Part shown: positions 51,507 through 63,839 of the stretch, one piece after another
Position numbering within the stretch: the stretch's first letter is position 1
Layout: the number at the start of each line of letters is the position of its first letter
NCBI RefSeq assembly: GCF_963921235.1
Contig: NC_086108.1
Span: forward strand, 80,106,001-80,170,000
DNA: 64,000 bases
Reading direction: 5' to 3'
From: Mobula hypostoma
Taxonomy: Eukaryota
Notes under the pieces: model-generated
What the model was told of the DNA's origin: nothing
Database searches by the model: none
What the model saw: the letters and a program-made list of their open reading frames with translations, nothing else
Position numbers and translations under genes: made by a program

Positions 51507-51959
51507 CTGAAAGATAAAAACACAAGACCAGATTACTCACCATAGTGTCTGGAAGGGAATAAAACACATGAAGTGTATGCATCAAGTCTTCCAAAGAATG
51601 GACAAAGCATATTGAAAGACCTTTTCTCTCAATGATATCTCTCTCTTTGGTATGCCTCCCTTGATTATTGTGATTAATCCATGGGCCAGACCAAGTGTAT
51701 CCTAGTAAGTAACAACAAATTTCACAACATATGCCAGCGATATTAAACCTGATTCTGATTCTGAAGTTATGGAAAGCAAAGAAGGAGATTGCCAAGGCCC
51801 TGGCAGAGACACTTATAACTTCACTAGCCGTATGTCAGGGACTGGTAAATAGCTAATGTTGCACATTCATTTAATAAAGGCAACAAGAATAAGCCAAGGA
51901 ACTACAGACCAGTGAGCCTTACATTAGTGGTGGAAATGTTATTGAAGGTGTGATGGATA

Positions 51960-53225
51960 TAAGACCGTAAGATATACGAGCAGAATTAGGCCATTTGGCC
52001 CATAAAGTCTGTTCCGTCATTTCATCATAGCTGATCCAATTTTCCTCTTAGCCCCAGTCTCCTGCCTTTCCCTATATCCCTTCATGCCCTGCCCAATCAA
52101 AAATCTATCAATCTCTGCCTTAAATATCCATGAAGACTTGGCCTCTACAGCTGGTGTATTAATTCCACAGATTCACCACTCCCTGGCTAAAGAAATTCCT
52201 CTTCATCTCTGTTCTAAAAGGATACCCCTCTATTCTGCATCCTCTGGTCTTGGACTCTCCCAGATACTCTGGGCATCCACTCTATTGAGGCCTTTCACCA
52301 TTCAATAGGTTTCAATGAGTTCACTCCTCAAGCTTCTGAATTCTAGTGAATACAGGCCCACAGACATCAGACGCTCTTCATATGACAAGCCATTCAATCT
52401 GGAATCATTCCTGTGAACCTCCTTTGAACTTACAAATTAACCTTTAGGTAATCCTGCACAAGGACTCTGAAGTCCCTTTGCGTCTTTTTTTTGTATTTTC
52501 TCTCCGCTTAGAAAATAGTTAACCCTTTCATTTCTTCTGCCAAAGTGAATGACCATACACTTCCTGACACTGTATTCCATCTGCTATTTCTTTGCCCATG
52601 CTCCTAATCTGCTTAAGTCCTGTAGCTTCTTTATTTCCCCAAAATTACCTGCCCCTCCACGTACCTTTCTACCGTCTGCAAACTTTTCAATAAGGCCATC
52701 AATTCCATCATGCAAATCACTGACAAATAGCATAAAAAGAATCAGGCCCGACACAGAACCCTGTGGAACACCACTAGTCACTGGCAGCCAGCCAGATAAG
52801 GCACCCTTTTATTCACACTCTTTGCCTTCTGCCAATCAGCCACTGCTTTATCCATGCTAGAATCTTTCCTGTAATACCATGTGCTCGTAGCTTGTTAAGC
52901 AGCCTCATGGGTGGCAGCTTGTCAAAGGCCTTCTGAAATTACAAGTACACAACATTAACCGATTCTCATTTATCTATCCTGCTTGATATTTCTTCCAACA
53001 AATCTGTCAGGAAGATTTTCCTTTGAGGAAACCTGCTGACCCATGGCCTACTTTATCATGTGCCTCCAAGAACCCTGACACCACATCCTTAATAATCGAC
53101 TCCAACATCTTCCCAACCACTGAGGTCAGACTAACAGGCCTATAGTTTCCTTTCTCCTGCCTCCCTCCCTTCTCGAAGACTGGAGTGACATTTGCAATTT
53201 TCCAGTATTCCCAAACCATTCCAGA
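51960..53225 (-). mobile_element. CR1 RT/3' fragment with internal deletions
   Basis: WKIANVTPVFEKGG..NYRPVSLTSVVGK, SGVPQGSV and KFADGRK. Confidence 0.88.
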
Positions 53226-53741
53226 ATTTCTTTTTTTCCAAGCTCAGATTTTTAAACACAGCAGCTGACAATCCTAAGGATCAAAGTGTTGTTTTTGAGT
53301 AAGTTAATCTTCCACCCAATACTCTTTTTTCAGCTTCTGGTCTTAAACGAGTGCCTGTCTTTCATTCTTAATGTAAACTGTAAGCAACAATAAGTTTGAA
53401 GTTAAAAGGACAAGCATTGTCTACAAAGCAGACTTGCTGGCCAACAGCACTCAGGCTTATTGCTCAAGGGCTGCAGGGTAAGACAGTGGGTTATGTTAAA
53501 CGGACTTGTTTCAAACTAGACAACGCTGGCTAACTTGTGTAGTTCAGCGAAGACTGCTGACCAGATTGATGTTATCATTTAGTATATCAAATAGCTGATC
53601 TGTTAATTGTTGGAAGGTTTGTGTGCTCAGAGTCAGCTTCACAGCATTAATTGTGGGTACACGGAATCTCTGTCTCCAAAAGCTTTTAGATCATTTGTGT
53701 TAAAAAGTATCTGAAAAAAATAACGTGTGTGAAGTCACCCA

Positions 53742-53950
53742 TAAGACAAGACAAAGGAGCAGAAGTCGGCCATTCAGCCCATCGAGTCTGCTCCGGCATT
53801 TTATCATGAGCTGCATTCTCCTATTTAGTCCCACTCCCCCACCTTCTCACCATAACCTTTGATGCCCTGGCTACTCAGATACCTATCAATCTCTGCCTTA
53901 AATACACCCAATGACTTGGCCTCCACTGCTGCCTGTGGCAACAAATTCCA
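53742..53950 (-). mobile_element. CR1 3' tail fragment
   Basis: Similar to 49500-49705. Confidence 0.75.
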
Positions 53951-54479
53951 TAGTGGCAAAGAAACAGTATGAATATAGAGAGCAGTCCATGCTTTTTAGG
54001 AATGGTCCAAGAGCACCAAGAAGAATGACAGAAACACGGGGTGAACTAGAATCCACTCCTCTGCCTTCAATTTCTGCGACACAGTTAATTCATCTGCAAC
54101 TTGGGGTTATGTCATTTTAGTTTATCAAAAATGTACTTGTGTTTTGGAAATCCTTTCTGTTCTAGAAATAGATTGTAATTTGGAAGTCTTATATAAGACA
54201 GAAATCCTCTGGAGTTCTAAATGTGTTCTAAGAATGCTGTTTGGATTTAAATGTGTATCTCTGAAAATAAATGAACTGTGCTTAAACTACTTTGTTAGCT
54301 GTAAGTATCTCTTCCTTGATAGGAAGGGGGTACCCATTGCTCATACAGTGGGAACTGGCAGCTAAACCCGCCATGATGGATGATGAACAAGAAATGAAAT
54401 AGTCTTTCAAGACTGGGTAGTTACAGTATAACCTCCCTTTAGTGAGGATACCCATAGTATTTTGGATAAGGCTTAAAGT

Positions 54480-55410
54480 ATTTGTCTGAGTATAGAACTT
54501 TGTGGTTGGCAAACCTAGTATCATCACAAAGGGATTTTGAAGGACAGGATTTATTTGCAATTGGAAAGGCAAAATTGATTAGGGAAAGTCAACATCATCT
54601 TGAGCATGGGAGATCATGTTTCATGAATTGAATGACTTTTTTCAAGAGGTGACCAAAAGCACTGATGAGGACAGGGTGGTAGACTTAGAGGGCCTTGGAC
54701 AAGGTCCTGTGTAATAAGCTGGTCCAGAAGGTTAGAACACAAGGGATCCTGGGTGAACTCACCAAATGGATACAAAATTGGCTTGGTCACAGGAGGCCTG
54801 TGGCTGAGAGTACACTGTAGGGATTTGTGCTGGGTTTCCTGTTGTTTGTCATATATACTAACAGTTTGGATGATAAAAGTAGAAGACACGATTAGTACGT
54901 TTTCAGATGTCACCAAAATTGGTGGCAAAGTGGACAGCGAAGGAGGTTGTCTAACGTTTAAACAGGATATTTGGTCAACTGGAAAAGTGGGCAAAGGAAT
55001 GACAAATAGAATTTAACTCAGCCAAGTGCAATGCGATGCATTTTGGAAGCTAAACCAGTGCAAGATAAGCATACTGAATAGCAGGGCTCTGAGGAGAGGA
55101 CCAAGGAGTACAAGTACAGTTCCTAGAAAGTGGCATCACAGGTATATAAGGTGCTGAAAAAGGCCTGTTGCCCATTAAAAACAGAAATAAGGCAAATCTC
55201 TTATGTTCAGAGGGCCATGAGTCTTTGAAACTCACTTCCTCCAAGGACAGTGGCAGATATAGACATTTTATGTTAGCTGGGCAACGAGAAGGAGGTGGGG
55301 TTGAAACATTACAGTGGGTGAATGAGAATATCATGGTGAGGTCATAATCAGATTTGGTGTGACTTTATAAAAAAAAAAGTCCCATCAGGCCTGAAGGGTT
55401 TAATCCTGCT
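54480..55410 (+). mobile_element. Old CR1 RT fragments
   Basis: TISTFSDVTKIGGKVDSEGGC and other degenerate CR1 motifs. Confidence 0.6.
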
Positions 55411-56011
55411 CCTGATTTGCACGGAAGTTTGCTCTCTCCTGCTGTTGCCTGTATATCCCCAGTGCTAACCTGTCTAGCTATACAGAACACATCCTCTGGG
55501 ATATATGAATCCACTTCCAATTACAAAAGTGAGCAAAAAACTGAAGTGTGTCCTGATTTCTTGACAGGTTACTGGTTCAGATCTTCTACAATTAATGTTA
55601 AATTGCTTTCCAAAATTGAGAGCAATTACTAGCTTATCCACTGTGTAGTGCCTCGTATGTAGTTGATTCATGTCCATACAATAGTGAGAAGGTGCTGATA
55701 ACTTGATATTAAAACTTGGTGTACTGACTCAGTTTCAGAAAGGTTTGCAGACTCATTTCTCTACTTTCTAAAACTATATCTATACACAAATAACATCTAA
55801 CACTAAGGATATGTTCCTAATAATGAGCTCGCTGATGGAATGGGTTCTAAAAAGGGGTCTTAACATATATTCATATAGCTGTATTAGATATATCCCTTGT
55901 CGTCTCCTATGGGATGTGCTTCCATATCTTATAGGAGATAAGGGAGAACAGAACCTGAGTCTAACAACCCGCAGAGTGCACAACTAGTCCCTAAACGGCA
56001 GACAATTGATT

Positions 56012-56125
56012 CGGGGAGAGGGGGGAGGAGAGGGGAGGGGAGAGGGGAGAGGGGAGAGGGGAGAGGGGAGAGGGGGGAGGGAGGGGGGGAGAGGGGGGAG
56101 AGAGGGGAGAGAGGGGAGGGGGGAG

Positions 56126-56152
<27 letters not shown>
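56012..56152 (+). repeat. Pure polypurine tract: (GGGGAGA)n-like followed by (GA)n
   Basis: About 140 nt containing only G and A. Confidence 0.95.
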
Positions 56153-56156
<4 letters not shown>

Positions 56157-56189
56157 CGAGCACGTGTGCACGCTTCACACAGGTTGGGG

Positions 56190-58627
56190 AGCAGCATTTA
56201 AAAAAGGAGCATCTCATGAGGCTCGGTACATTAGAATAGTAGGTATGACTGTGAGGCCAGTTTTCTGTTCTGGGTGTCAGATGTGGAAATTCCGGGAGAC
56301 CTCGCCTCTCTGATGGCCACATCTGTGCCAGGTGCATCAAGCTGCAGCACCTTAGAAACTGAGTTAGGGAACTGGAGCTGCAGCTCAATGACTTTTGGCT
56401 TGTTAGGGAGAGTGAGGAGGTGACAGACAGGAGCTATAGGCAGGTAGTTACCCCGGGGCCACAAGAGACAGATAAATGGGTGACTGTCAGGAGAGGGAAG
56501 ACAGGGCGTCAGGTAGTGGAGAGCAACCCTGTGGCAGTCCCCCTTAACAATAAGTACTCTATTTTGAGTGCTGTTGAGGAGGACAACCTACCTGGGGGAA
56601 GCAACAGTGACTGTGTCTCTGGCACTGTCTGGCCCTGTGACTCAGAAGGGTAGGGAATGGAAGAGGAGGGCAGCAGTAATAGGGGACTCTATACCTAGGG
56701 GGACAGATAGGCGATTCTGTGAACATGAAAAAGAACCAAGGATAGCAGTTTGCCTCCCATGAACCCGGGTTCGTGATGTTTCTGAGCACACAATATCCTG
56801 AAATGGGAGAGTGAGCAGCCAGAGGTCGTGGTAGATATTGGTATCGACATAGGTAGAAAAAGGGTAGAGATTCTGAAAGCAGAAAACAGGGAGTTAGGAA
56901 GCTGAGAAGCAGGACCTCAAAGGTAGTAATCTCGGGATGGTTGCCTGTGCCACGTGACAGTGAGTATAGGAATAGAATGAGGTGGAGGATAAATCGTGGC
57001 TGAAGGATTGGAGCAGAAGGGCAGGGATTCTGAGTTTTGGATCATTAGGACCTCTTCTGGGGCAGGTGTGACCTGTACAAAAAGGACAGGTTGAACTTGA
57101 ATGCAAGGGGTCCAATATCCTGGCGGGGAAGTTTGCTATTGCTTTTGGGGAGGATTTAAACTAGATTTGCAGGGGGGTGGGAACCGAAGTGAAGAGGCAG
57201 AAGATGGGGTGATTGGAGCACAAGTAGAGACAGCTTGTAGGGAGATTGTGAGGAAGGACAGGCAGATGTCAGAGCAAAGATGCACTCAGCCTGATGGTTT
57301 GAGGTATGTCTATTTTAATGCAAGGAGTATAATAAACAAGGCAGATGAACTTAAGAGTGTGGATCAATAAGTGGAACTGTGACATTGTGGCCATTATACT
57401 TGGAGGTCTCAGGAACAGGAACGGCTGCTGCATGTGCCAGCCTTCAGATGTTTCAAAAGGAACTGAGAGGGAGGCATAAGAGGTGGAGGCATGGCATTGC
57501 TAATTAGGGATAGCATCACGGCTGCAGAAAAGGAGAAAGTCATAGAGGATTGATCTACTGAGTCAGTATGGGTGGAAGTCAGAAACGGGAAAGGTGTAAT
57601 AACTTTAATGGGTGTTTTTATATAGACCCTCCCCACCAACAGTAACAGGGATATTAATGAGCAGATAGGGAGGCAGATTCTGGAATGGTGCAATAATAAT
57701 AGGGTTGTTGTGATGAGAGATTTTAACTTTCCCAATAGTGATTGGCATCTCCTTAACGCAAGGGGTTTAGATGGGGTGGAGTTTGTTAGGTGTGTTCAGG
57801 AAGGTTTCCTGACACATATGTAGATAAGCCAACGAGAGGAGAGGCTGTACTTGATCTGATATTAGGAAATGAAGTCAGGTGTCAGGACTCTCAGTGGGAG
57901 AGGATTTTGGAGGTAATGACCACAACTCTATCTCCTTCACCACAGCACTGGAGAGGGATAGGAGCAGACAATTTGGGAAAGCATTTAATTGGGGTAGGGG
58001 GAAATATGATACTAAAAGGCAGGAACTTGGGAGCATAAATTGGCAGCAGATGTTCTCGGGGAAATGCATGGCAAAAATGTGGTAAATATTCAGGGAACAT
58101 TTGCATGGAGTTCTGCATAGGTATGTTCTATTGAGGCAGGGAAAGGACGGTTAGGGTTAAAGAACCATGGTGTACAAAGCATGTAGAAAATCTAGTTAAG
58201 AAGAAAAGCTTACGAAAGGTTCAAGAAAACAGGTACTGTTAGAGCTCTAGAAAATTACAAGGTTGCTAGGAAGGAGCTTAAGAATGGAATTAGGAGAGCC
58301 AGAAGGGGTCATGAGAAGGCCTTGGTGAACAGGATTAAGGAAACCTCCAAGGCATTCTACAAGTATGTGAAGAGCAAGGGGATGAGCTGTGTGAGGACAG
58401 GACCAATCAGATGTGATAGTGGAAACGTGTGCATGGAGTTGGAGGAGGTAGCAGAGGTACTTAATGAATACTCTGCTTCAGTATTCACCAGGGGAAAAGA
58501 CCTTGGCAATTGTGGGGATGACTTACAGCGGACTGAAACGCTTGAGCATATAGACATTAAGATAGAGGATGTGCTGGAGCTTTTGAAAAGCATTAAGTTA
58601 GATAAGTCACCGGGACCGGACGAAATG
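56190..58627 (+). mobile_element. 5' portion of a CR1 (ORF1 Cys motif, coiled coil and esterase-like; ORF2 APE), 3'-truncated
   Basis: WVTVRRGK, VAVPLNNKYSIL, VIGDSIPRGTDRRFC, YFNARSI, KPTRGEAVLDLILGNE and KSPGPDEM. Same subfamily as 31266-32977. Confidence 0.9.
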
Positions 58628-58699
58628 CTTAGATGTACATAAAATACTCTGATCTTTGCTTGGTACAAATTCATCATTATATCAATCCGATACAAATTC

Positions 58700-59592
58700 A
58701 TCATTATCTCCTCCTCACTGACAATCAACACAGGCATGCACGCTTGCTTAGCTCACTGCTCTACTGTTTCTACACTCATGAATGTGTGGCTATGCACAGA
58801 TCTAACACAATCTATATGTTCACCAATGACACCACTATTGGCAGAATCTCAGATGATGACAAGGAGGTGTACAGGAGTAAAGCAGATAAACTGGTTGAAT
58901 GGTATCGCAACAACAAACTTGCATGCAATGTATACGAGCAAGACCAAGGAAATGACTGAAATTCAGGAAGGTGAGGTCAGGAGAACATACACCAATCCTG
59001 ACTGAGGGGTCAGTGGTGGAAAGGATAAGCAGCTTTAATATCTCAGAGGACTTATCCTACCCTAATACATTGATGCAATCATGAAGGAGGCACACAGTAG
59101 TCAAGGAGATGTGCTATGTTACCAAAGACTCCAGCAAATTTCTACACGTGTACTGTGGAGAGCACCCTGGTTGCATCACCACCTTGTAAGAAGGTTCCTT
59201 TGCACAGGATTGAAAGAAGCTGAAGAGAATTGTAGACTCAACCAGTTCCATCATAGGCACAAGCCTCACCACCAATGAGGACACTTTCAAAAGGTGGTGC
59301 CTCCAGAAGACAACATCATTAAGGACTGTCACCACCTGAGACATGTTCTCCTCACATTACAATCATTGGGGAGGAGGTACATAAGCCTGAAGACCCACAG
59401 TTAACATTTTAGGAACAGCCTCTTCTCCATCATCAGATTTCTGAACAGTCCATGAACATTAACTTGCTATCCCTCTTTTGCACAATATTTTTTTTTATTG
59501 TACCATGCAGTGATTTTTCTGTCTTGCACTGCACTACTGCACAAAATCACACATTTTATGGCATATGTCAGTGATATGAAATCTGATTCTGA
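58700..59592 (+). mobile_element. Rex1/Babar-like LINE RT and 3' tail, decayed
   Basis: LSSLLYCFYTHECVAMHRSNTIYMFTNDTT (FADDTT-like); tail ..gtgatatgaaatctgattctgatt. Confidence 0.8.
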
Positions 59593-59999
59593 TTGTACAT
59601 TGTTGCTCAGTATTATATTTAACATTTTATCAATATTTCTAATTGCACCTTTAACCATTACACCAAGGTTAAGGGTTTGCAGAAATCCACAAACTACGTT
59701 AAATAAAGTGATCACAGAATATGTTGAATAAATATTGATCAAATCATATAATTTCTCTACAATCTGAATGGTGCCACATAAATTCCTATATCCTCATAAG
59801 AGATGATGAGGTCTGTGGTGATATGACGTGTAGGAACATGATTGGAGAGAGTTCTGAGCACGCGCAGGGAGGATAGAAAGATCAAGAAACATGGTATTGT
59901 AAAAACGTTGTGGTTGTTGTTGAATAAAAGTTCTATTTCTTCCAGAACATGGTTCTTTATTAGTAACCCACGGTATGTATGAATATAAAGAACACGACA

Positions 60000-60012
60000 T
60001 GGTGTCAGAGGT
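60000..60012 (+). promoter_or_regulatory. Primer-binding site, probably tRNA-Leu
   Basis: TGGTGTCAGAGGT directly after the 5' LTR; resembles the complement of tRNA-Leu 3' ends (TGGTGTCAG..). Confidence 0.7.
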
Positions 60013-60112
60013 CAGTCTAAAAGAATAATACGTTTCCTAACACGGGAGAATCGAAGATAATTTTCTGAAAAAAAAAGTTCAAACTGTTTTGGTGTTGCTA
60101 ACGGTTTTACAA

Positions 60113-61347
60113 ATGGAAGATTTGCAGCCTCCATTGACACTTCAATTGTCTGGGAACGTAGCTGAGAACTGGAGAAAATTTAAGCAACATTTTGAATTGT
60201 ATTTATCGGCGATCGATGTGGATCGAAAACCGGAAAAAACGAAAGCTGCGCTTCTACTCCACATAATAAGCGACGATGCAATTGAGGTATATAATCATTT
60301 TATTTTTGAAAATGGAGATAATTTAAAGTTAAAATCAATAATGGACAAATGTGAAGCATTTTGTATACCGAAGCATAATGTGATGTATGAGCAGCATAAA
60401 TTTTTTACATGTTCGCAGAGAGCTGGTGAAACTATTGATCAATATGTTACTGAGTTGAGACACCGAAGTAAAGCATGCGAGTTTGGTGAAATGACAGCCT
60501 CTCTCATTAAAGACACAATTGTTTGTGGCATTCTGGATAATGGTCTGAGAGAAAGACTGTTATGAGAACAAGACTTAGACTTGGAAAAAACTTTGATGCT
60601 CTGCAAGGCTTCAGAAACCGTGACGTCACAGGCTAAAGAACTTTTCATTGAGAACTGCAACGTAGACACTGTGAGGAAGCGCGAACATATTAGAAAAAAT
60701 ACTAAAATGATAACAAAACCGACAGGGAGCAAGACGTCATCTGAGAGAAAAAAGCTACGTGATTGTTCTGGGCAGCAGCATCGGCCAAAACAGTGTCCAG
60801 CATATGGGAAAATGTGCAGTGACTGCAGAAAGAGTAATCATTTTTCACGCTGTTGCAGAAGTAGAAAGAAAATAAAACAAGTAAGTGCAGTGCTTGAAAA
60901 TGAACTTGAGGAGTTTTATATAGATGTGCTTCGTGAAAACAAAGTAAGAATGACTGGACTATTTCATTGCAAGTGAACCAAAACAATATTCTGTTTAAAC
61001 TTGATACTGGAGCACAAGTAAATGTTCTTAAATAATCTGAGTTTAATGCACTAAAGCCAAGACCAAAGGTACATAGACAAATATAAAAGTGACTGGGTAT
61101 TCAGGTACAGACATTCCAGTTAAAGGAACATGTGTGGCAAAAGTATCACACAAAAATATTGTGCACACCTGAACTGCACCCAGGAGATGAAGTGAGGATA
61201 CAAGACAAAATGAACACATGGATACAGAAAGCTACAGTACTTGAAGAAGTACATCCCAGATCATACATGGTCCAAACAGAAGAAGGAGCAGTGTTAAGAA
61301 GAAATTACAAAGACCTCAAGAGCCAACTTCAGAGTTTCATTAACTGA
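60113..61347 (+). pseudogene. Gypsy gag-pro remnant fused to the integrase C-terminal region
   Basis: Gag: NVAENWRKFKQHFELYL..QRAGETIDQYVTEL, in-frame stop at 60563-60565, knuckle CSDCRKSNHFSRCC. Protease FKLDTGAQVNVL at about 60994-61029. Then LHPGDEVRI..HPRSYMV..LRRN. Confidence 0.88.
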
Positions 61348-61640
61348 TGCAGACCAGACAAAACATGAAAATAACAGTGAAACACAAGAACTGTGTGAAC
61401 CACTTAGAAGGTCTACTCGTGTTCATAAACCCCAGGGAGACTGACAGAGATATGTTAAATTATGCATTTGTCTGGTCAATGTTGCTAATTGTTTTTCTTT
61501 TTAAGGAAAGAAAGATGTGGTGATATGACGTGTAAGAACGTGATTGGAGAGAGTTCTGAGCATGCGCAGGGATGATAGAAAGATTGAGAAACATGGTATT
61601 GTAAAAAAGTTGTGGTTGTTGTTAAATAGAAGTTCTATTT

Positions 61641-62192
61641 TTATAGATGCAGCATTGAAAGCATTCTTCTAGGGTGCATCACAACCTGGTATGGAAGTTG
61701 TCCTGTCCAAGACCGAAAGAAGCTGCAGAAGATCGTGAACACGGCACAGCACATCACACAAACCAATCTTCCATCCTTGGACTCACTTTACACCACACGC
61801 TGTCGGAGCAGTGCTGCCGGGATAATCAAGGACATGACCCACCCAGCCAACACACTTTTCGTCCGTCTTCCCTCCGGGAGAAGGCTCAGGAGCTTGAAGA
61901 CTCGTACAGCCAGATTTGGGAACAGCTTCTTTCCATCTGTGATAAAGACTGCTGAACGGATCCTGACCCAGATCCGGGCCGTACCCTCCAAATATCCGGA
62001 CCTGCCTCTCGGTTTTTTTGCACTACCTTATCTTCCATTTTTCTATTTTGTATTTATGATTTATAATTTAAATTTTTAATATTTACTATCGATTTGTAAT
62101 CCAGGGAGCAGGAAGCGCAGAATCAAATATCGCTGTGATGATTGTACGTTCTAGTATCAATGGTTTGGCGACAATAAAGTATAAAATATAAG
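61641..62192 (+). mobile_element. Rex1/Babar-like LINE 3' fragment inserted in the 3' LTR
   Basis: YRCSIESILLGCITTWYG..DRKKLQKIV..HPANTLFVRLPSGRRLRS..NSFFP. TATTT is duplicated at 61636-61640 and 62193-62197. Confidence 0.88.
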
Positions 62193-62686
62193 TATTTCTT
62201 CCAGAACATGTTTCTTTATTAGTAACCCACGGTACGGTTGAATATAAAGAACACAACAAGGTCAATGCCTAATTTTTCCAATGAAACCTGCGCTCCCACA
62301 GTAGTTCAATACTGGAGAATTGTTATACCATGCACAACGTGACTTCTGGTCAATTTAGCCCCTGCATACCACGCTCCTTCAGTTGAAATCTTCTGGATAG
62401 ATCATGAAACCATATATTTTACTTCCTTTATGTCTTTTTTGTTTTTAGGCTTGAATGTGATTCTGGAACTGTTGGAGCCTGTGATTTGCAGTTTGGAGAT
62501 CACTTGGCTGTTTCAGTGCTTTGCAGTCTCCAGCTGGAGTCTGGGAGGCAGAGGCAATGTGCACGAAACTTGTGGTGAGCTGATATTCGATTCCATTTTG
62601 CCGATTAATGTTTCCATTGTTCACCGATTAAAGCGATGAAAGAGATCGTAACATTGAGGTGAATGCGGAAGCTGAGTGCTGGCTAC

Positions 62687-62830
62687 CTGCCTTTTGATCA
62701 CTGGTGCAATCACTCAATATAGAGGGAAGACTGCCTTTTGATCGCTGTGGGATCGTTTGGCTATTGGAGAGGAGAGACTGCAATTTGATCACTGGGGGAT
62801 TACTCTGCTATCGGAGAGGGGAGAGGTTGC
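62687..62830 (+). repeat. Degenerate minisatellite of about 45-bp period (about 3 units) in an unclassified repeat
   Basis: CTGCCTTTTGATC(A/G)CTG-like core at 62687, 62731 and 62778. Confidence 0.7.
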
Positions 62831-62917
62831 CACTGTGCCTGAAGAATGTTACCCAGGTTTTCCGCATTTTGGATGTGGACTCGGACTATAGATTCCCCCG
62901 CCCCCCCCCCCCCCCAG

Positions 62918-63570
62918 CATATGCAGTATTTTTGAGGCACTGCCTTTTGGAGATGTCCTTGTACCCATGATGGAGCTAGCTGAGTTTGCAACTTTCTGCA
63001 GCTTTTTCTCATCCTGTGCAGTGGCATCTCCATACCAGGGAATGATGCAACCATGTACTGTGCTCTCCATAGTACATCTGTAGAAATTACCAAGTGTCTT
63101 TGGTGAAATGCCAAGTCTCCTCAAACTCCTCATGAAGTATAGCTGCTGTCATGCCCTCTATGTAATTGCATCAATATGTTGGTGTAAGGATCAATATAAG
63201 GAACTGGAAACTGCTCACCCTTTCTACTGGTATCCCTCGATGAGAATCGGTATGTGTTCCCTTGACTTCCCTTTCTTAGTCTACAATCAATTGTTTGGTC
63301 TTACGAAGATTGAGTACAAGGTTGCTGCTGCAACACCACTCAGCCAGCTGATCTACCTCAATCCTCTATGCCTCATCATCATCTGAAATCCTGCCAACAA
63401 TAGTTGTGTCATCGGCAAATATATAGATGGCATTTGAGCTATGCTTAGCCTCAACAGTCATGAATATAGAGAGAGTAGAGCAATGGACCAAGAACATATG
63501 CTTGAGGTGTTCCAATGTTGACTGTCAGTGAGGAGGAGATGTTATCTTCGATCCACACTGAATGTGGTCT
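62918..63570 (-). mobile_element. Rex1/Babar-like LINE RT fragment
   Basis: LRRLGISPKTLGNFYRCTMES..WYG; FADDTT encoded near 63403-63420. Confidence 0.82.
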
Positions 63571-63678
63571 ACCACCTGCTGACAAAGGTTTAGTTAATAT
63601 CATTGTCATTCACAAAGCTGGCAAGCAATTGGTTACATCTCACAGAGTCATGGAATCATACAGCATGAAAACAGGCCA

Positions 63679-63839
63679 CACACAAAAAATGCTGGAGGAA
63701 CTCAGCAGGCCAGGCAGCATCTATGGAAAAAAGTACAGTCGACGTTTCTGGACGAGACTCTTTGGCAGGACTGCTGAGTTCCTTCAGCATTCTGTGTATG
63801 TTGCTTGGATTTCCAACATCTGTAGATTCTCTCTTGTTT
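63679..63839. mobile_element. Inverted pair of PLE 3' ends with a decayed hammerhead
   Basis: 14-bp TSD ATGAAAACAGGCCA at 63665-63678 and 63840-63853. Minus-strand AGTC-CTGCCAA..GAAACGTC-GACT at 63737-63772. Confidence 0.8.

Larger units (their letters stand above)
59814..62258 (+). mobile_element. Internally deleted Ty3/Gypsy LTR retrotransposon (gag, protease and integrase C-terminus only)
   Basis: 186-bp TG..CA LTRs (59814-59999; 61516-62258 interrupted). 5-bp TSD AGGTC at 59809-59813 and 62259-62263. PBS at 60000; PPT AAGGAAAGAAAGA at 61503-61515. Confidence 0.95.

Noticed and set aside
55929..56388. Pro/Ser/Leu-rich and Gly/Arg/Glu-rich ORFs
   Set aside because: These are translations of the polypurine microsatellite.
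60089..60976. Domesticated gag gene (Arc/PNMA-like)
   Set aside because: It has an in-frame stop at 60563-60565 and is still flanked by LTRs, PBS, PPT and TSD. Nothing visible suggests domestication.
62281..62400. Possible EIF2B3 exon 8 (also considered 55460-55680)
   Set aside because: No frame resembles the expected ..RCYVH..C.RV.TL..Y.EANRQ sequence. Exon 8 probably lies beyond the window.
62687..62830. Repeat-spacer-like pattern resembling a mini CRISPR array
   Set aside because: Only about 3 degenerate units, the spacers resemble each other, the context is vertebrate and there are no cas genes. It is a minisatellite.
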